Virus record (IMG/VR): IMGVR_UViG_3300032315_001390
Location: 2,417 to 66,416 of that record
DNA from: a virus
Length of the DNA: 64,000 bases
Reading direction: 5' to 3' (one strand)
The position numbers were made by a program, and so were the translations under genes. The notes under the pieces are model-generated. The model ran no database searches, was not told the DNA's origin, and saw nothing but the letters and a program-made list of their open reading frames with translations. Below are positions 60,249 through 64,000 of the stretch, one piece after another; the stretch's first letter is position 1, and each line of letters starts with the position of its first letter.

Positions 60249-60983
60249 ATGAAAACTGTATTCGTCGGTGATATTCACGGACGTTCCATTTGGAAAGAAA
60301 TTGTAGAACAGGAAAAACCTGATAGGGTTATTTTTGTGGGAGATTATTTCGATTCATTTGATATTCCTGGTATTGACCAAATTCATAATTTTAAGGAAAT
60401 TATCCATTTCAAAAAAACAAGTGGTATTGAAGTTGTACTTTTGGTAGGTAATCACGATTATCATTATATGAACATGGGTGAAACGTACAGTGGATTTCAA
60501 CCTGCTCTAAAATTTGATATTGGACAGTTACTCAAAGAAAATATGGAACATTTACAAATGGCGTATTCATTTGATAATTTCCTTTGTACTCATGCTGGTG
60601 TTAGTCACGTTTGGATGGATCTAACCTTTGGCCAATACGGGTGGGATTGTGACAATCTTGTAGAAAAGTTAAATGAAACTTTCAAATATAGACCTATGCG
60701 TTTCATTTTTAATGGTTGGGAGCCTTACGGTGACAATAAAACTCAGTCTCCTATTTGGATCCGGATTCGATCATTGTTAGCGTCCAATAAAAATCGTAGA
60801 AATACTTCCATCAAAAAGAATTTTGTACAAATTGTTGGTCATACTGAGATAAAATCAATTGACATGGTTGCTATGAAAAAAACTTTCGGTGGGAAATATT
60901 ATATGATTGATGCACTAGCTGAAAGACAATATCTAGTTTATGATGAGAAACTTAGTGTAGGGTCTATCAATCCCAAAAATTAA
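60249..60983 (+). CDS. Ser/Thr-phosphatase-like metallophosphoesterase (PPP/lambda-phosphatase or ApaH-type)
   Basis: GDIHGR, GDYFD, GNHD, H-motifs in PPP-family order. Confidence 0.65.
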   Translation: MKTVFVGDIHGRSIWKEIVEQEKPDRVIFVGDYFDSFDIPGIDQIHNFKEIIHFKKTSGIEVVLLVGNHDYHYMNMGETYSGFQPALKFDIGQLLKENMEHLQMAYSFDNFLCTHAGVSHVWMDLTFGQYGWDCDNLVEKLNETFKYRPMRFIFNGWEPYGDNKTQSPIWIRIRSLLASNKNRRNTSIKKNFVQIVGHTEIKSIDMVAMKKTFGGKYYMIDALAERQYLVYDEKLSVGSINPKN

Positions 60984-61073
60984 ACTTATTCGACGTGTGA
61001 GGGAGTTGAACTTGAATCAACTCCCTCTTTATATTTTTTTTGAAAAATCATTTTTATTTACTATCTTTGAGGT

Positions 61074-61427
61074 ATGAAAAACACTTACTACATAAACATC
61101 GTTCACGAGACCCATGGTAAAATTTTATCAGAATCATTTGTGGATACAGAACAATTTAGGATTTTTCTTAAATTGGTTGATGCTTGTTTTGCTCATCAGT
61201 CAGCACTTGAGTTCTACAATGGTGATACATTCTTTATTCGTATTCCATATAAAATTTTAGATGAATGTATTATTACCACTAAATGTGAGGTTCTAGACAT
61301 GACCGAAACCACATTGACTGAAAGGATCAAGTCCAAAATTGAAGCATTAAAAACCATTGAGGTTGATGGACCACCAAGTTCAGAAGAGGTCTCAACCGCT
61401 CGAAGAACAAACAGAAGAAAGTCCTAA
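61074..61427 (+). CDS. hypothetical protein
   Basis: 117-aa ORF. Confidence 0.4.
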   Translation: MKNTYYINIVHETHGKILSESFVDTEQFRIFLKLVDACFAHQSALEFYNGDTFFIRIPYKILDECIITTKCEVLDMTETTLTERIKSKIEALKTIEVDGPPSSEEVSTARRTNRRKS

Positions 61428-61518
61428 ATTCCGAAAAAAAAAGGTATATTATGTTGAAAAAATTATTTTCATACGTATAATTATATCTAAAAATAAACCT
61501 AACATAAAAATTAAAAAA

Positions 61519-61707
61519 ATGAATTTAGAAGAAGCTAGACAAATTCTCCAGAAACATGGTAGACCCACGTGTGGATGTAAATATGGAAACGGACCGTATA
61601 ACAACGCAAACGATAATATGATCCACGAAGCTACCAAAATACTAGAAGCTGAACAAGCGTTAATTTCACAAAACAATCCTCCACAAAATATTCAAACACC
61701 AAATTGA
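61519..61707 (+). CDS. small hypothetical protein (start at internal ATG of track ORF 61357..61707)
   Basis: MNLEEARQILQKHGRPTCGCKYGNGPY...; upstream part of the track ORF overlaps 61074..61427. Confidence 0.3.
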   Translation: MNLEEARQILQKHGRPTCGCKYGNGPYNNANDNMIHEATKILEAEQALISQNNPPQNIQTPN

Positions 61708-61708
61708 T

Positions 61709-61891
61709 ATGTCACAAGAAGATTATTTGATAGAAATGATTAATGAAGCCACAGAGATGGGGTGGAAAGATAGATTGTTTCATCTAACTAGATCAACGGT
61801 TAGACAAAATCCTGAAATCCCCTACTCTGAACATATCAGAAAAAACTTAGACAAAATAAAAAAAGAAAACGAAAATGACGTACGTATTTAA
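61709..61891 (+). CDS. small hypothetical protein
   Basis: 60-aa ORF. Confidence 0.3.
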   Translation: MSQEDYLIEMINEATEMGWKDRLFHLTRSTVRQNPEIPYSEHIRKNLDKIKKENENDVRI

Positions 61892-61990
61892 TTTGATTGG
61901 TGAACTATCCATAAAACTATTCATTACTGTTTTGGGCGCTACCGTACTTGGTGGTATTCTATTTACATTATTCATTATTATGAACTCATT

Positions 61991-62596
61991 ATGAAAAAAT
62001 TAACATTACTCCTGATTCTACAACTAGTTTCGATCTTAACATTCTCCCAGACTAAAAGAGATAGTGTTTATGTAAAGAATACCATTTTTGAAATGGTATA
62101 TTCTGAAACTTTGGAACAACCAAAATGGGTTAGATACAATGTCCCTTGTTCTGAAAATACATTTTCACGAAAAGGTTTGGATTTCTATACTGAAAAAAAC
62201 ATTCATACTTCCAATGGTGATGATTATGCAAAAAACGAATATGACAAAGGTCATATGGCACCTGCGGCAGCTTTTGGTTGTGATCCGATTTTACTCAAAA
62301 TGACCTTTACATATCTAAATTCTGCTCTTCAACATCAGTCCTTAAACAGAGGACCCTGGAAAGAATTGGAAGAATATGAAAGAGGTTTAGCAAAAAAAAC
62401 AAATGATTTACAGGTTCATATAGTAGTTGAATTTAATCAAAATCCAAACAAAGTACCTAGTGGTGCATCAATACCTTCAGGGTTTTATAAAACAATTAGT
62501 TCAACAAAGTTAGGACTCAAGGAGTGTTTTTACTTCAAAAATTCAGATCCAGGAAAAAACAAAACGTTTAACCAATTTTACATTAACTGTAATTAA
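61991..62596 (+). CDS. secreted DNA/RNA non-specific endonuclease (Serratia NucA / EndoG family)
   Basis: Signal peptide MKKLTLLLILQLVSILTFSQ; active-site motif DKGHMAPAAAF (D-R/K-G-H-x-x-P) and a downstream N...E. Confidence 0.7.
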   Translation: MKKLTLLLILQLVSILTFSQTKRDSVYVKNTIFEMVYSETLEQPKWVRYNVPCSENTFSRKGLDFYTEKNIHTSNGDDYAKNEYDKGHMAPAAAFGCDPILLKMTFTYLNSALQHQSLNRGPWKELEEYERGLAKKTNDLQVHIVVEFNQNPNKVPSGASIPSGFYKTISSTKLGLKECFYFKNSDPGKNKTFNQFYINCN

Positions 62597-62922
62597 TGAC
62601 TTATCTTCTAGTATTTCTTTTTCAAGTAACCTTCAACATAGCCAAAGTATTCGAAATCAAACTAACACAAGAGAATAAAACCATAGGATTAATGGTCAAT
62701 TCCGTGGCAATAAATCTTATCGGATTAGCATCCTCATTTGTTTCCATTGATAGTTTATTCAAAGGTGATTTTTGGATCATTTTATTTTACACTATAGGAA
62801 GTGTAGTTGGTAAATGGATTGGAATGAATTACTATCAAAACACCAAAACAATTATAAAAATCAATAAACCTAAAGAAAAATTAAAAAAAATTAACAATGA
62901 TTTACTTAGATTTCAACACTAA
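62596..62922 (+). CDS. small membrane protein
   Basis: 3 hydrophobic segments. Confidence 0.4.
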   Translation: MTYLLVFLFQVTFNIAKVFEIKLTQENKTIGLMVNSVAINLIGLASSFVSIDSLFKGDFWIILFYTIGSVVGKWIGMNYYQNTKTIIKINKPKEKLKKINNDLLRFQH

Positions 62923-63109
62923 AACAAGAGTTCTGAAAGTATCCAATAGTTTTACCTATGATAATTCAGAAGTCATACAAGATGTAATTACAATTCGTTC
63001 AGAAGGGTATTTTTACGAAGTCATACAGACGTTAAACGATGGGAAAAACGCACCTATTATCCGAACACCTGTAGATCAAACCTTTATTCGATACAACCAT
63101 TCAGAATAA
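62897..63109 (+). CDS. small hypothetical protein
   Basis: 70-aa ORF. Confidence 0.3.
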   Translation: MIYLDFNTKTRVLKVSNSFTYDNSEVIQDVITIRSEGYFYEVIQTLNDGKNAPIIRTPVDQTFIRYNHSE

Positions 63110-63110
63110 T

Positions 63111-63305
63111 ATGGAAAATCAATTCACAAATATATCTGAAGCATATCAAAAATATTACAATGCTTATATGATGATTACCGCCGAACCTTTAACTAAATCT
63201 GAATTTATAACGAGAGTTATCAATGATAAAGTTTTTGCTGAAATTTGGGGTGTAAACAAAAATATGGATAAAACAGATACCATCGAAGAAAAAAATGACG
63301 ATTAA
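63111..63305 (+). CDS. small hypothetical protein
   Basis: 64-aa ORF. Confidence 0.3.
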   Translation: MENQFTNISEAYQKYYNAYMMITAEPLTKSEFITRVINDKVFAEIWGVNKNMDKTDTIEEKNDD

Positions 63306-63442
63306 AAAAAAAGATCTACAATTTGAAAACTCTTTCACCAACACCAAAAATGAAGGGTGGATCATAATTTCTCCTAACGGTAAAATGGAAAGAATTTCTG
63401 AAAACAAATTTAAAAAAATAAAAAAAACAAAACTTAAACACA

Positions 63443-63877
63443 ATGAAAACAGTAGAAAAAGAAAATTCAATTAAAGTCCATTATGTTGGGACTACAATGG
63501 ATGGAAACGAGTTTGACAACTCATACAAAAGAGGTAGTACCTTAAACTTTAAGGTTGGATCTGGAGAAATGATACCTGGTTTTGACAACGGAGTTGTCGG
63601 TATGACCATTGGTGAAATGAGACAAATCAAAATAGCACCAAATGAGGCTTATGGAGAACGTAGGGCTGATGCGATGGTTCAGGTACTACGAGAAAACTTT
63701 AACAATTTGGACCAATTTAACAAAGGGGATATGGTTCAAGGGTCGACTCACGATGGTAGACCTGTTCAAGCAACCATACAAGATATAACCGACCAATATG
63801 TTATTTTGGATATGAATCACCCTTTAGCTGGTGAAACTTTAATATTCGATATTGAACTCGTTGATATTGTCGACTAG
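63443..63877 (+). CDS. FKBP-type peptidyl-prolyl cis-trans isomerase (SlyD-like, with insert-in-flap)
   Basis: VHYVGTTMDGNEFDNSYKRGSTLNFKVGSGEMIPGFDNGVVGMTIGE FKBP core; C-terminal LIFDIELVDIV. Confidence 0.75.
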   Translation: MKTVEKENSIKVHYVGTTMDGNEFDNSYKRGSTLNFKVGSGEMIPGFDNGVVGMTIGEMRQIKIAPNEAYGERRADAMVQVLRENFNNLDQFNKGDMVQGSTHDGRPVQATIQDITDQYVILDMNHPLAGETLIFDIELVDIVD

Positions 63878-63881
63878 TGAA

Positions 63882-64000
63882 CTACCCAACCACTAAAGAT
63901 GGTTGGGATTCTGAAACCAAGTTCAGAATTTTGGACGCTTCAGCGATTGTGCCAACGGGTGTTGGTCTTATTTCATCTCCACGTCTGTAATCGTCAGTTC
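63882..64000 (-). CDS. small conserved ORF, paralogue of 20723..20884 (5'-partial at window edge)
   Basis: The reverse complement is about 84% identical to 20765-20884, keeping the frame, the TAG stop and the 3' hairpin (63885-63907); translation ...GTDDYRRGDEIRPTPVGTIAEASKILNLVSESQPSLVVG*. Confidence 0.35.
   Translation of the reverse strand, partial: TDDYRRGDEIRPTPVGTIAEASKILNLVSESQPSLVVG

Noticed and set aside
1-64000. Eukaryotic giant-virus origin (suggested by PT linkers, GSII, possible intron-like tRNA insertions)
   Set aside because: Bacterial lipobox signal peptides, a complete sigma-70, T4-type gp46/gp47/primase/Rnl1 genes and the Bacteroidota-like TAnnTTTG upstream motif argue for a bacteriophage of a Bacteroidota-type host.

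Overview
AT-rich (about 30% GC), densely coding window. Most genes are on the + strand; minus-strand blocks lie at 16.0-16.4 kb, 24.8-25.5 kb, 33.3-40.5 kb and 43.6-45.6 kb. The gene content reads as a segment of a large bacteriophage (or prophage) of a Bacteroidota-type host. The phage evidence is a T4-like replication/recombination core: a zinc-ribbon/TOPRIM primase, a RecB-family PD-(D/E)XK nuclease, an SbcD/Mre11 (gp47-like) and SbcC/Rad50 (gp46-like) pair, and a RuvC-like resolvase. The bacterial host evidence is several lipobox lipoprotein signals and a recurring TAnnTTT[GA] promoter motif upstream of many genes, which matches the Bacteroidota sigma-A -7 element. The window also carries many host-like accessory genes: a full-length sigma-70, DnaJ, a type-II glutamine synthetase with an odd Cys-rich tail, thioredoxin and glutaredoxin, an FKBP (SlyD-like), a GatB/YqeY protein, an SPFH/band-7 lipoprotein, a secreted non-specific endonuclease, NUDIX, GNAT, a DHH-DHHA1 phosphoesterase and several calcineurin-like phosphatases. 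The most notable locus is an RNA/tRNA-repair island at about 49.0-57.5 kb. It holds a T4 Rnl1-like RNA ligase translationally coupled to a receiver-like protein, a tandem triplet of MORN/YwqK-repeat genes, YqeY, and two oversized tRNA-like elements that flank a 60-aa ORF. One of these elements has a tRNA-Leu-like 5' half. Downstream sit a phosphatase, a P-loop polynucleotide-kinase-like gene and an Rnl5-like RNA ligase. Other highlights: an IS200/IS605-family TnpB (OrfB) gene split by a frameshift at 44.4-45.6 kb; a family of giant Cys-rich modular proteins joined by Pro-Thr linkers, with near-identical long internal DNA repeats; and a conserved small ORF or RNA element present as an inverted pair 43 kb apart, sharing a 3' hairpin motif that also occurs at the tnpB 3' end. 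No CRISPR array and no canonical-length tRNA was found. Every functional call rests on motif recognition by eye and needs confirmation by HMM or BLAST searches.
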